Counted from the stretch's first letter, positions 19,979 to 29,071 are shown. The stretch: DNA of 49,982 nucleotides from a virus (IMGVR_UViG_3300037461_000662:1-49982); one strand, 5' to 3'. The notes: generated from the letters alone by a model not told the origin. Numbers and translations are program-made.

Positions 19979-20944
19979 ATGTCGCAAGGACTATTCGAGA
20001 TTGACGGAGCGTTGCTGACTGTCGTACCTGCGAACGAAAATTCGCAATCGATATTCTTCCACGACGGCGATCTCGAGGCGGTGTCGTGGTACGAATTCGG
20101 CGGCGCGGTGTCGGTCACGCAAGCGGCGAGCGCCGGCATATCGGTAGCATGTGCCACCGCTACTGGGGCGTGGGCGGTTACGTGTACCCAGGACGCCGCA
20201 ATCGCGGTAGGCGTGACAGAGTACGACGGGGCGGTCGCTGGAGCGGTACAAGTTACGCAGGCCGCAAGCGCTTCGGTGGCAGTTACGTATTATGCTGGCG
20301 CCGCCGGCGCCGTCGAAGCTCTATCGGTTACGGGCGCAGCGGGGGCTATTACGTGCGCCAGTAGCGATGCTATCGGGAGATCGTACTCAGAGCGCGGGTT
20401 CCTTATTGCCGACGCCGAATTGGTTCGCGACGCACAGGCGAATGAGAACTGCGACCGGATCTGGATCGTCGATGGCGCGTTGTATCGGCAAGCGTTTGCC
20501 GAGATGCCATCGGGACGGACGCCGCAAGCGCAGACGGCGTCCGCATCTGCGATCTCCGTTGCGGTCAACAATGCAACGGTGACGGCGGCAGTAACCGTCG
20601 TTGGCCAGTCGTGTACGGTCCTCCTGTCACTGCTTGGCGGATACTTCTACGAGGCTAACGTTCCGCGTGTTGTTACTGGAGACGATGCCGGCATTGAGGT
20701 CTACGTATACGACGCCGATACCGGGTTTTCGCAGACGGTCGTCGCGAGCACTCCACCGACGATATATGTCGTGGTCGCTAACGCCAACTCCGAGACGATA
20801 ATCGTTTGCGATTTGGCGGTGATAAACGTCTACGGGTTCAGCGCATCGCCGTTCTATTCTGCGGCGCAGTATTTGCACGCGACGACGCGCATAAGATCCC
20901 GCGTAACTGTTACCGTTGCGCTTCCCGAAACAACCGTAGTGTAG
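19979..20944 (+). CDS. Ala/Val/Thr-rich putative virion protein
   Basis: 321-aa ORF in the tail operon with an internal (I/V)DGAL repeat. Confidence 0.55.
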   Translation: MSQGLFEIDGALLTVVPANENSQSIFFHDGDLEAVSWYEFGGAVSVTQAASAGISVACATATGAWAVTCTQDAAIAVGVTEYDGAVAGAVQVTQAASASVAVTYYAGAAGAVEALSVTGAAGAITCASSDAIGRSYSERGFLIADAELVRDAQANENCDRIWIVDGALYRQAFAEMPSGRTPQAQTASASAISVAVNNATVTAAVTVVGQSCTVLLSLLGGYFYEANVPRVVTGDDAGIEVYVYDADTGFSQTVVASTPPTIYVVVANANSETIIVCDLAVINVYGFSASPFYSAAQYLHATTRIRSRVTVTVALPETTVV

Positions 20945-20955
20945 GAGGTGTTTGC

Positions 20956-21168
20956 ATGCGAGCGCTTGTGTTGTCCGTCGTGTTGTTGGTTTCTGGGTGC
21001 TCTGTAAACTCGCAATTCGTCTCTGCGGTAGACGAATCATGGAAGGTCATCGGGCCGAGATACGTGGAGTATATCACCGCAGACAGCAAGCTTGACAACG
21101 AGAGCAAGGCGACGCGGATCCGCACCGCAACATTGCTTACCGAGACTATCGCGGAGGCCAAGAAGTGA
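20956..21168 (+). CDS. Lipoprotein (possible lysis accessory)
   Basis: RBS AGGAGG; lipobox VSGC after a hydrophobic leader. Confidence 0.65.
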   Translation: MRALVLSVVLLVSGCSVNSQFVSAVDESWKVIGPRYVEYITADSKLDNESKATRIRTATLLTETIAEAKK

Positions 21169-21503
21169 GCGAAGAAAAGTTCGACTCCGTAACAGAGCTT
21201 GTAGCGTATTCAAAGACCGCTCTCGCTGAAGTGCTTGCGAAGGCTCTCGTTGACGTGAAGGGCGATATCGCGGCGTACACACAGCAGGTCGTACAGGAGT
21301 TCGGGCGATATCTGTATCGCGCGTATCGCGACGGCGATCAGGTAGCGGCGGAGAACCTTCGCGACTTGCGCGCGCAGGTCATGCTGATTGCGGTGAAGCG
21401 AGAGATCGTCATCCAACACGACGCGATGGAGAAGTTGGGGACAATCATCGAGTGGCTCGCGCGCTTCGCGGTTGCGCTGCTGCTCAAGGTGGCGACGAAA
21501 TGA
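21165..21503 (+). CDS. Helical protein with C-terminal hydrophobic segment
   Basis: GTGA overlap; C-terminal IIEWLARFAVALLLK. Confidence 0.6.
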   Translation: MSEEKFDSVTELVAYSKTALAEVLAKALVDVKGDIAAYTQQVVQEFGRYLYRAYRDGDQVAAENLRDLRAQVMLIAVKREIVIQHDAMEKLGTIIEWLARFAVALLLKVATK

Positions 21504-21730
21504 CGGTGCAAACGCTCGGCGGAAGGAAGAACGTCATCGTGATGGTCGCGATGGGTCTGCTGGCGTGCAAGAACCTACTCGGGATTGATGACGCCACGGT
21601 GCAACAAATCGTCACGCTTGCAATAGGCGGCGCCGGCGTTATCGCGGCCGAGAAGGCCGGAACGGCTATTGCCACTCGCAAGCGGCATGCTAAATCGGAC
21701 ATCGAGTCCGTGCCGCCTCCGCCGCAGTAA
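21500..21730 (+). CDS. Holin-like small membrane protein
   Basis: GGRK followed by two hydrophobic segments and a charged C-terminus; last gene of the late operon. Confidence 0.55.
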   Translation: MTVQTLGGRKNVIVMVAMGLLACKNLLGIDDATVQQIVTLAIGGAGVIAAEKAGTAIATRKRHAKSDIESVPPPPQ

Positions 21731-21741
21731 AGACATTACGT

Positions 21742-21798
21742 GCGTGGCCGCTGCTGCGATATCGGACCTCCCAGCGCGGCCACGCTGTTTTATTCTTT
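21742..21798 (+). terminator. Intrinsic terminator between the convergent operons
   Basis: Stem gcgtggccgc (21742-51) / gcggccacgc (21776-85), followed by tgttttattcttt. Confidence 0.65.
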
Positions 21799-24177
21799 GG
21801 TTCTCATCCCAGTAGGCGCTGGAAGGTCAACGCCGCTCTCTCCGGTACTGGTGACTTCGTAGTAGTCGCCGACCGACGAGTAATCGTCAAACACAATGAG
21901 CGAATTGGTAGAGCTTGACAGCTCGCTGATCTTCACGTCGTTCTTGTAGACCTCGTATACGGTGCCTGGCAACACGTCTGCAATCGCGTGCCGGAACAAG
22001 CCCTCTGCTGGAATAGTGTACGTGACGTACTCCAGCATTTCTATCTCATCGACGGTCTCAAATATGGAGGCCACAAATACAGTACCGGCCGCCATACACG
22101 CCACGGTATCGATGCCACACGGGATTGAGGTGGCCGTGCCCATGCTACCCACGGTCGTGTCGGAGGCGTATAGGATGTTCAGGAAGTACGGAGATGTAGC
22201 GCTTGCCGCGAGCTCTTCTATGCGCCACGATCCAGGCTCTTCGGTTGAGGCGGGGACGCGCCGCGCTGTGGCGTTTGCACCGCTTGCATCGTAGGTGGTC
22301 CAGCGCTCGTATCCGGTCCCACCACGAAACTGTAGCGTGGTGGCGTTGTTGTTGGTCGGCGCAAGCATTTTGACGAACAGTCGCGATGATCCATTCTGCA
22401 CATAGAACTCTCTCCCGGTATAAGCAGTCGAGCCACTACCGAGCGAACCGATGACGGCCCCGTCGACGCTTTGCGGTTGGTTGACACTGTGCAGGAGCCA
22501 GCGCGTAGGAAGGTCGGCAGCGGTCTTGGTGAGTCTGTCGAGCACGAAAAAGTATCGTGCGTCTGGAGAGAATACCGTCCGTGTATACCGAGACACGCTA
22601 TCACTGAGGTATGCATTCGTGATATCGGCAACAGCGTAGGTATATCCACCAGACCAGTCATACTGATACCTGCCAACCGATCCTCGTGACCACTCCGCCG
22701 CACCAGCCTCCTCGAACGTATTAGGCGATCTGTCTCCTGGGTTAGGTGCTGGCGGTATCGCACCGCGTTGTCCTCCGTCGTTGTTGGCGATCTCGTTCGT
22801 TTGCGCCCACCACTGTACGTTGACCACCTGGCCGGGCTTGTAGACGGTTACGCAGTTATGCGCAATAGTGCGCGGGTAGTACTCTCCTGTATTCTGGTCG
22901 TAGGCATCGCCATTAGAGCTATAGTACCCGGAGTCGATTGCGAGAGAGGATCCGCGATCGATGACAAAGCTGCCCGTGTCCAGGTGATCGTGGCCTGCGC
23001 ATAGACGATTGCACTTGAGCGCGAACATGACATCGCTGGTTGTCCATCCAGACCGAATGACTACGGCACCGTACCCGGAGAAGTACGCGCTCTTTGGTAT
23101 CGTGGCGAGCGATATTGCCGTGGGGTTGTGCTGCGGACCGAATGCGTCATTCCAGATATGGTGCACGTAGCAATCCGAATATGTGGAGGATACGATCTGC
23201 GAGGTGATCGGGTCTGGGATCACTACGATGTTGTCGTAGATCCACCGCGCCTCTGCGGAGTTTCCCCAGCGGATGTACGCCAGCCAGCAATTGAACGAGA
23301 AATACTGCGACTGCCCGAGCCGATTATAATTGTCAGTCTCACCTATGCGACCGATAAACGCTCTGTAGTCACTCCATTGCGTCAGCCTTCCATCGAGAGG
23401 GCGCCATAGGTATATTGCGCCTTTCGCCCAATTGCTCCAGCCATAGGACTCGGCGAAAGCGTTATCGTCTGTGCCCGAGGACCACACCTGCGCCGCTGGC
23501 GACATGTAGGTATAGCCGACTGTCCAGTAGTCGCAACCCTCGGGACTCATACCATGATCGCCGGCATACGTGCCGTACGATTGCCGGGCCTGCTCGTAGA
23601 ACCAGTACTGTGCACGCGACCACAGCCACGCCTCTATCGTGGAGTCGACGCCCTCACCATAGAGCGCTACGCCGGGCGCAGTGCGACGGAACCCATGATG
23701 ATCCCACCAGAAATGGTTGTTGAAAATCGAGCGAGTTGTCTGCTGGCAGCGAGTAACGACCTCTTGGAAGTATTGCAGCATGCGCAGCTTCTCGGCGGTG
23801 TTCCATTCTGAATTGAACCAGTCGAACATCGTCAAGTACAAGAGTGTCTCGTGCTGCGATGGGTAGTAGTTTGTCCCGGCTACAGCGGCCTTGACCTCAG
23901 CGATCACCGTTGCGCGATACGATTCATCGACTAGAGCGCGAAGGCACTTCAGCCTTTCGGCGGTACCGTTTGCACGGTCTGTCCTTCCGGATAGAGCAAA
24001 CGTCCATTCGGTTGCGTACTTGCCGGTAAGTATGGCGGTGCGAACGCGCGAAAGTTCGGCCTCGCATGCGGCCTTGTCAGCGCCGACCACAAACAGCCTC
24101 GGATGCCAAGTCTTGACGGTTGCGCCTGCACATGCTGTGGATAGCGCGAGCGCAATGAGAAGAAACAGACTACGCAT
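21790..24177 (-). CDS. Secreted heparinase II/III-family polysaccharide lyase (PL21-like), about 795 aa
   Basis: Signal peptide MRSLFLLIALALSTACAGA. Motifs GHDHLDTGSFVI..LAIDSG.Y, RTIAHN.V.VY, NDGGQR, YTYAVADIT.AY and WLLHS..QP occur in the same order as in heparinase II. RBS AGGAG. Confidence 0.85.
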   Translation of the reverse strand: MRSLFLLIALALSTACAGATVKTWHPRLFVVGADKAACEAELSRVRTAILTGKYATEWTFALSGRTDRANGTAERLKCLRALVDESYRATVIAEVKAAVAGTNYYPSQHETLLYLTMFDWFNSEWNTAEKLRMLQYFQEVVTRCQQTTRSIFNNHFWWDHHGFRRTAPGVALYGEGVDSTIEAWLWSRAQYWFYEQARQSYGTYAGDHGMSPEGCDYWTVGYTYMSPAAQVWSSGTDDNAFAESYGWSNWAKGAIYLWRPLDGRLTQWSDYRAFIGRIGETDNYNRLGQSQYFSFNCWLAYIRWGNSAEARWIYDNIVVIPDPITSQIVSSTYSDCYVHHIWNDAFGPQHNPTAISLATIPKSAYFSGYGAVVIRSGWTTSDVMFALKCNRLCAGHDHLDTGSFVIDRGSSLAIDSGYYSSNGDAYDQNTGEYYPRTIAHNCVTVYKPGQVVNVQWWAQTNEIANNDGGQRGAIPPAPNPGDRSPNTFEEAGAAEWSRGSVGRYQYDWSGGYTYAVADITNAYLSDSVSRYTRTVFSPDARYFFVLDRLTKTAADLPTRWLLHSVNQPQSVDGAVIGSLGSGSTAYTGREFYVQNGSSRLFVKMLAPTNNNATTLQFRGGTGYERWTTYDASGANATARRVPASTEEPGSWRIEELAASATSPYFLNILYASDTTVGSMGTATSIPCGIDTVACMAAGTVFVASIFETVDEIEMLEYVTYTIPAEGLFRHAIADVLPGTVYEVYKNDVKISELSSSTNSLIVFDDYSSVGDYYEVTSTGESGVDLPAPTGMRTKE

Positions 24178-24187
24178 AAACAATCTC

Positions 24188-24358
24188 CTATTCTGGAAAG
24201 CCGTATTCTGGAACTCTTGGTTTCTCCTGCTTCGGCGCATCGTTCAGTTGCTGGATGCGCTCGGTGAGCTGCCGAATCAGCTCGCGGTCTTCGACGTGCT
24301 GCGCGCCGAGCTGCGCGACGATTGCGATGGCCGTGAGTATGCGTTGCGTGTCGTCCAT
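24188..24358 (-). CDS. Small hypothetical protein (56 aa, MDDTQRIL...)
   Basis: RBS GGAGG; fills the gap between the GT29-like gene and the lyase; not in the ORF track. Confidence 0.55.
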   Translation of the reverse strand: MDDTQRILTAIAIVAQLGAQHVEDRELIRQLTERIQQLNDAPKQEKPRVPEYGFPE

Positions 24359-24369
24359 GTGCGTGCCTC

Positions 24370-25026
24370 CTATCCCGTAATCGGTTCCATGTGTCCGGTG
24401 AGCTCGCCGATGCGCCGCGCGCGTTCGCGCACGCGGTCCTTGTGCTTGTCGTGCTCGTACTCGTCAAGCGGATACGCCGCGCCGCGGTCGCGCCACGATT
24501 CGAGCCAGCGGAGTTCGGCGGCGATGAAGCGGTCCTTCTTCGGCGAGAACTTCTCGTCATTCCAGTAGTGCGCGCCGCCACCCTGGAAGGCGTCGATGCC
24601 AATGTAGTACACGACGGCGTAGCCGGCGATGTTGACCGCCCAGTCGATTGCGAGGATCCCGGTCGACGGATGGAACCCGAGCAGCGTCTTTGCCGTCGCG
24701 TGCCGGTCGCTCGGATACGCCTCGTGCACGCAGCCCTTGTTTGCCTGCACCGACGGCATGACGAGCTCTGGCGGTACGCCGACAGTAACGACCTTCTTGA
24801 TGCTCTGTGCGGCCAGGCGTTCAGCGCGCATGTAGGCGCGAGCCGAGCCGCACTGAAGAAACCATACGTCGGTCTTCGTTCCGACAAACGGGCGATACTG
24901 CTTGTCGGTCGAGAACCCGTTGACACGCACGACGATGTCGAACGTATCGATGAGCGCGCCGCGTTGCTTCGCCATCGTGCTCATGCCGGCGGCGATGATC
25001 ACGACGCGCGGTTGCCTAATTTCCAT
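24370..25026 (-). CDS. GT29 (sialyltransferase)-like glycosyltransferase 1
   Basis: Sialylmotif L-like GALIDTFDIVVRVN..VGTKTD; S-like PSTGILAI..IGID; motif III-like HYW. Confidence 0.8.
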   Translation of the reverse strand: MEIRQPRVVIIAAGMSTMAKQRGALIDTFDIVVRVNGFSTDKQYRPFVGTKTDVWFLQCGSARAYMRAERLAAQSIKKVVTVGVPPELVMPSVQANKGCVHEAYPSDRHATAKTLLGFHPSTGILAIDWAVNIAGYAVVYYIGIDAFQGGGAHYWNDEKFSPKKDRFIAAELRWLESWRDRGAAYPLDEYEHDKHKDRVRERARRIGELTGHMEPITG

Positions 25027-26041
25027 AGAGCTCCTCGTACATCTGCCAGATGACGGCAGGGTTACAGTACCTTTCCACCCACGCACGCGCCTCCGCGCAC
25101 ATGCGCTCGCGTTCGGCGGGCGGCAAGCCAAAGTACCACACGACCTTCTCGCGTAACGTCTTCCAGTCGCAGCGTATCCACGGACTCGGAGCGCCGAGCA
25201 CGTCGCGCATCGTCTGCACGGTGTAGTCATTGACGCAGTTCAGGCACGGGACGCCGAGCGCCAAAAACTCGATGCCGGCGAGATTCCAGCACGGCGATAT
25301 CATTTCGTCGATGCCGAGCTCGCACTTGCGGCGTAGCTGTAGCATGTCGAGCCATGGGATATCTTTCTCGTTGCGATGGAATGGCAGGCCGGCGAGTTCC
25401 TCGGCAACACGCGACGCGCCTTTGTCGGACCACCTTCGCGGGAGTCCTGCGGTGTAGGCACCCTCGAAGCCGTCCGGCAGATTCGCAGATTTCTTGATGT
25501 GCACGTACATTCCGACGCGCGGTTCGCGTTCGCCGAACGGTAGCGGTGTGAACCGTGGGTGCAGCGTGTTGACGAGCCACGGGATGCGCGTGACCTCCAG
25601 GCCGTCGGCCATGAGCGACGTGAACGGCTCATACTGATCGTGACCGTGGTCGTCGTGCGTGAAGCGCACCGAGCCGTCCCTCGGGATGCCGTGCGGGAAC
25701 ATCTGCACCATGTGCTCGCGTGAGCACACCATCCCGATCCATCCCCACACCCAGCGCTTCTTGCCGACGAGGTGCTCGGCGTGCAGCGTGTGCGGCGACT
25801 CGCCATACAGGCAGTGGACTACGTCGGCCCATGCGAGCGCTTCCTCGAGCTCGTAGAGGTGCACCCACGGCATGACGGCGGGATTGTACCACGAGCCGGT
25901 AGCGGTCTTCTCCCCTGCGTTCGCGCGCGTCTCGCGCCGGATAAATGCCTTCGCGTGATGCGCGGTGTGCGTATTGATGTACTCGGTGTAGTGGCAGGCC
26001 AGGCCGGCGTAGTTGCCGCCGAGCGCGTACAGGATATTCAT
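25016..26041 (-). CDS. GT-B fold glycosyltransferase (GT4-like)
   Basis: Motifs WADVVH, IDEM...AGIEFLALGVPCL and C-terminal R..M..EARAWVERY. Confidence 0.7.
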   Translation of the reverse strand: MNILYALGGNYAGLACHYTEYINTHTAHHAKAFIRRETRANAGEKTATGSWYNPAVMPWVHLYELEEALAWADVVHCLYGESPHTLHAEHLVGKKRWVWGWIGMVCSREHMVQMFPHGIPRDGSVRFTHDDHGHDQYEPFTSLMADGLEVTRIPWLVNTLHPRFTPLPFGEREPRVGMYVHIKKSANLPDGFEGAYTAGLPRRWSDKGASRVAEELAGLPFHRNEKDIPWLDMLQLRRKCELGIDEMISPCWNLAGIEFLALGVPCLNCVNDYTVQTMRDVLGAPSPWIRCDWKTLREKVVWYFGLPPAERERMCAEARAWVERYCNPAVIWQMYEELYGN

Positions 26042-26697
26042 TCGGCATGTCCTCCGAACAGGCGCATCGCCTCGCACCACGGGACGCGCGGGATGACGCG
26101 CGCGGGGAAGACCGGCGACACGCCGACAACTCGCATCGTGTCGGCGTACTGCATGGCGCAGGACTCGAGCGCGGCAACGAATCGCGTCATGTATTCGACG
26201 CGCTTTGCCGCGTCCTCGTAGATGCACTTCTGGTGCGCGGCGCGGGCGGCGTACGGCGCGGGCGCCGTCGGATCGCAGTCGACGCCGACGAGCACCGCGG
26301 TGCGGTAGCCGAGCTTCGCGGCGGCGTGAAGCACGCTCTCTGTTGTAGTGTGCTTCGGGAAGTTCTCGGCCTTCGTGTAGGTGACGAGCGTCTCGACGCG
26401 CTCGGCGTAGCGGCCGATGACATCGCGGCAGCGGTCGAGGACGATCATGCGCCATGGCGCCGGCACGAGGTCGGCCGACTGCTCGATGGCGTTGGCGTTG
26501 TTGGCGCACCACCAGGACGTAGCGCGGCACTTGGCGTTGTAGGCGTAGACGGCGGCGGCGTTGACGGCGTACACGTCCTGGCCGGCGAGCGCGTCGAGGT
26601 CCGCGGCGTCGAGCGAAGGCCCGGAGCCGAGAATCCACGCGGCGGCGTTCTCGCGCGGCGTGTGCCAGGCGCCGTCGCACCACTTGTGCTTATCCAC
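26038..26697 (-). CDS. Maf / MptE-like (DUF115-type) putative nonulosonate transferase 1
   Basis: Motifs AWILGSGPSL, VYAVN, LHAAAKLGYRTAVLVGVD. Confidence 0.75.
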   Translation of the reverse strand: MDKHKWCDGAWHTPRENAAAWILGSGPSLDAADLDALAGQDVYAVNAAAVYAYNAKCRATSWWCANNANAIEQSADLVPAPWRMIVLDRCRDVIGRYAERVETLVTYTKAENFPKHTTTESVLHAAAKLGYRTAVLVGVDCDPTAPAPYAARAAHQKCIYEDAAKRVEYMTRFVAALESCAMQYADTMRVVGVSPVFPARVIPRVPWCEAMRLFGGHAE

Positions 26698-27307
26698 GGG
26701 CGAGCACCTCGTAGTGTCCTGCGGCGACTTCGCGCGCGAGCCATGCGCGCTGACGTTTGATTGCGTGTTTCCTCACGTCGTGCGCGGTAATCGTCGTCGT
26801 ATCGAAATAGTACGACGGTTCGTCAGCGCGATATCCGTCAAAGCCGGCAATGGCGATTTTCGCGTCAGGCCACATCTCGCGTGCGTACACGAGCGCGTAC
26901 ATTCCGCTCGTCGGTTTGAGTGTGTCGAGAGAGAGCAGCGGTTCTTGTATGCCGAGCTTGCGGTAGCAGCGCTCTATCGTGCGGCGAGGTATCTCGTGCC
27001 AGGTCACGCCGTGCGGCGCGCACCATGGGATCCACGACTCCTTCCAGTATCGCATCGTGTCGCGCTGTGCCGGTATCTCGATCCACCAGAGGCTTTTGAT
27101 TCGCTCGGCAATCACGCGCCGCTTCGTCGCCGGCCACGCCTTCGCGTAGCAGCACCATACGTCGGTACGCGAGCCGACGTACGGTTGCCACCGCGGACTC
27201 GTGTCGTAGCGGTTGATGCGCACGACGACATCGCACCCGTCGATGGCGGTGCCGTTGCGGTGAGCGAGCACCGAAGGACCGTTGCCGATGACCGCGATAT
27301 GCATCAT
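26690..27307 (-). CDS. GT29-like glycosyltransferase 2
   Basis: Motifs IAVIGNGPSVL..GTAIDGCDVVVRIN..VGSRTD, PTSGM..IAGFDG, YYFD and C-terminal H....Q. Confidence 0.85.
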   Translation of the reverse strand: MMHIAVIGNGPSVLAHRNGTAIDGCDVVVRINRYDTSPRWQPYVGSRTDVWCCYAKAWPATKRRVIAERIKSLWWIEIPAQRDTMRYWKESWIPWCAPHGVTWHEIPRRTIERCYRKLGIQEPLLSLDTLKPTSGMYALVYAREMWPDAKIAIAGFDGYRADEPSYYFDTTTITAHDVRKHAIKRQRAWLAREVAAGHYEVLARG

Positions 27308-27906
27308 GCGAACTCCCGGACCTTGCCGCTGGCGACGAGCTCGGCGTACAGCGCGCGTTGCTTATCGGCGCAGACCTTGCGCAGCTCCCACTCGGCGATA
27401 GGCGACTGGCGGTAGTAGTACGCACTCCCGCTGCGGACGTAGCCGTCGTATCCGGCGGCGTAGACCTCGTGGCCGGCGTAGCGCTCCAGCGCGTACATCA
27501 GCGTTACCATGCCGCAAGTCGGCTTCTTCTGGCAGCGCCGCTCGACGGCAGTGATGCCGAGCGCGGTGTAGGTGCGCTCGACGGTGTCTTGCGGGATCTC
27601 CTGTAGTACCTTCCCGTGCTCGGCGCACCATGCCACCCACGGGCGCTTGCGCGGCTCAAGCACGTCGCGCACGTCGTCACCGACTACAGCCCACCATATC
27701 TCCTTGACGCGCTCGGCGAGCGCGAAGAGTCCACCGTTCGGCTGGAAGTAGGTCACGTACACATCGGTACGCGAGCCGACGTGCTTGCGGTAGGCGTCGA
27801 TGGTCGAGAAGCAGTTCATTCGGATGACGACATCGCAGGCGTCGATGGCCTCGCCCCAGTGGTGCGCGAGCACTGACGGCCCGTTGGCGATGACGGCTAC
27901 GCGCAT
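27304..27906 (-). CDS. GT29-like glycosyltransferase 3 (paralog of 26690..27307)
   Basis: Motifs VAVIANGPSVL..GEAIDACDVVIRMN..VGSRTD, PTCGM..AGYDG, YYY. Confidence 0.85.
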   Translation of the reverse strand: MRVAVIANGPSVLAHHWGEAIDACDVVIRMNCFSTIDAYRKHVGSRTDVYVTYFQPNGGLFALAERVKEIWWAVVGDDVRDVLEPRKRPWVAWCAEHGKVLQEIPQDTVERTYTALGITAVERRCQKKPTCGMVTLMYALERYAGHEVYAAGYDGYVRSGSAYYYRQSPIAEWELRKVCADKQRALYAELVASGKVREFA

Positions 27907-28487
27907 TGCTCGGTCCTCACCAGGAAGAAGGCGGCGATGGAAGACTCGCGCTCGTAGACGATCTGACCAAGGCGCGCCACCTCGGCGCTCCACCAGGCGT
28001 AAGGCCGCACCACGTGATGCAGCGTCACGCGGCGACCGCCGACGCCGGCCCACGCCGATTGCGTCGTGCCTACCGAGATGTACAGATACCGACGCGCGAG
28101 CACGGCCAGCGCGCCGAGCGCTTCGCGGATCTCGTCCTCGGACAGTAGGTGCTCCAGTACGTCGAGGCTCACGACGGCGTCCCATTGTTGCGGCAGCAGC
28201 GACGGCAGGTCGGCGTACGCGATGTGCTTCGGCGCGAACTCCGCGAGGTCGTGCGTGCAGAGGTATTCGTCGGCCTCGGTGGCGGTGCAGACGTAGCCGC
28301 GTGCCGACATCTGCCGCACGAAATGGCCTCGGCCGGCCGAGCAGTCGAGCACCGAGTTGCCGGGAGACAGCACGCTACCGAGCGCCTCGGCAGCGTCGGC
28401 GGCGCGCTGGCGGTCGTTTGCGGTATTGCCGTAGATGCTCTGAGCGTGCAGCAACGAGTAGTGCTCCATCATCTCGGCGTGCGTCAT
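27897..28487 (-). CDS. Class I SAM-dependent methyltransferase A
   Basis: Motifs VLDCSAGRG, WDAVVSLDVLEHL, LHHVVRP..WW. Confidence 0.88.
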   Translation of the reverse strand: MTHAEMMEHYSLLHAQSIYGNTANDRQRAADAAEALGSVLSPGNSVLDCSAGRGHFVRQMSARGYVCTATEADEYLCTHDLAEFAPKHIAYADLPSLLPQQWDAVVSLDVLEHLLSEDEIREALGALAVLARRYLYISVGTTQSAWAGVGGRRVTLHHVVRPYAWWSAEVARLGQIVYERESSIAAFFLVRTEQCA

Positions 28488-29071
28488 TGCTTGACCTCTG
28501 CCACTATGAGGTAGGCGTCCTTGCGCGCAGGCTTCGAAATGACAATCTTGCCTATCCGCTCAATCTCGCGCACCCACCACGCCGGCTCGCGCACGACGTG
28601 GTGTAGCGCAACGGGCCTGCCATCGATATTCCAGACAGACGGCGTTGTGCCGACGGCAACGATGAGGTAGCCACGCGATATTGCGGCGAGGTCATGTATC
28701 GCAGTGCGGACTTCGTCCTCGGTGAATAGGTGCTCGAGCACGTCGCTACTCACGACGGCGTCCCACTGCAGCGGAAGAAGTGTCGGTAGTTCGGAGTAGA
28801 AGAGTTTTCGCACCGGCAGACCTTGCAGGTCTTTATCGATCAGCGCCTGGTTTGCCTCGGTGCCTTCGCACGCGATGCCGGTATCGTCGCACATGCGCAG
28901 AATCGAGCCGCGGCCGCACGAGCAGTCGATGACCGTTTGCCCCGGTCGTACGAACTTCTTGATGGCGGCGAAGACCGCAAGCGCGACCTGGAAGTCGCTT
29001 GCACCACATCCGTAGTCCTCTTTGTGTTCGCGGAGCCATTGGTAATAGCGGATGTAGTCGCGATGGTTCAC
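28484..29071 (-). CDS. Class I SAM-dependent methyltransferase B
   Basis: Motifs VIDCSCGRG, WDAVVSSDVLEHL, LHHVVRE..WW. Confidence 0.88.
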   Translation of the reverse strand: MNHRDYIRYYQWLREHKEDYGCGASDFQVALAVFAAIKKFVRPGQTVIDCSCGRGSILRMCDDTGIACEGTEANQALIDKDLQGLPVRKLFYSELPTLLPLQWDAVVSSDVLEHLFTEDEVRTAIHDLAAISRGYLIVAVGTTPSVWNIDGRPVALHHVVREPAWWVREIERIGKIVISKPARKDAYLIVAEVKQ

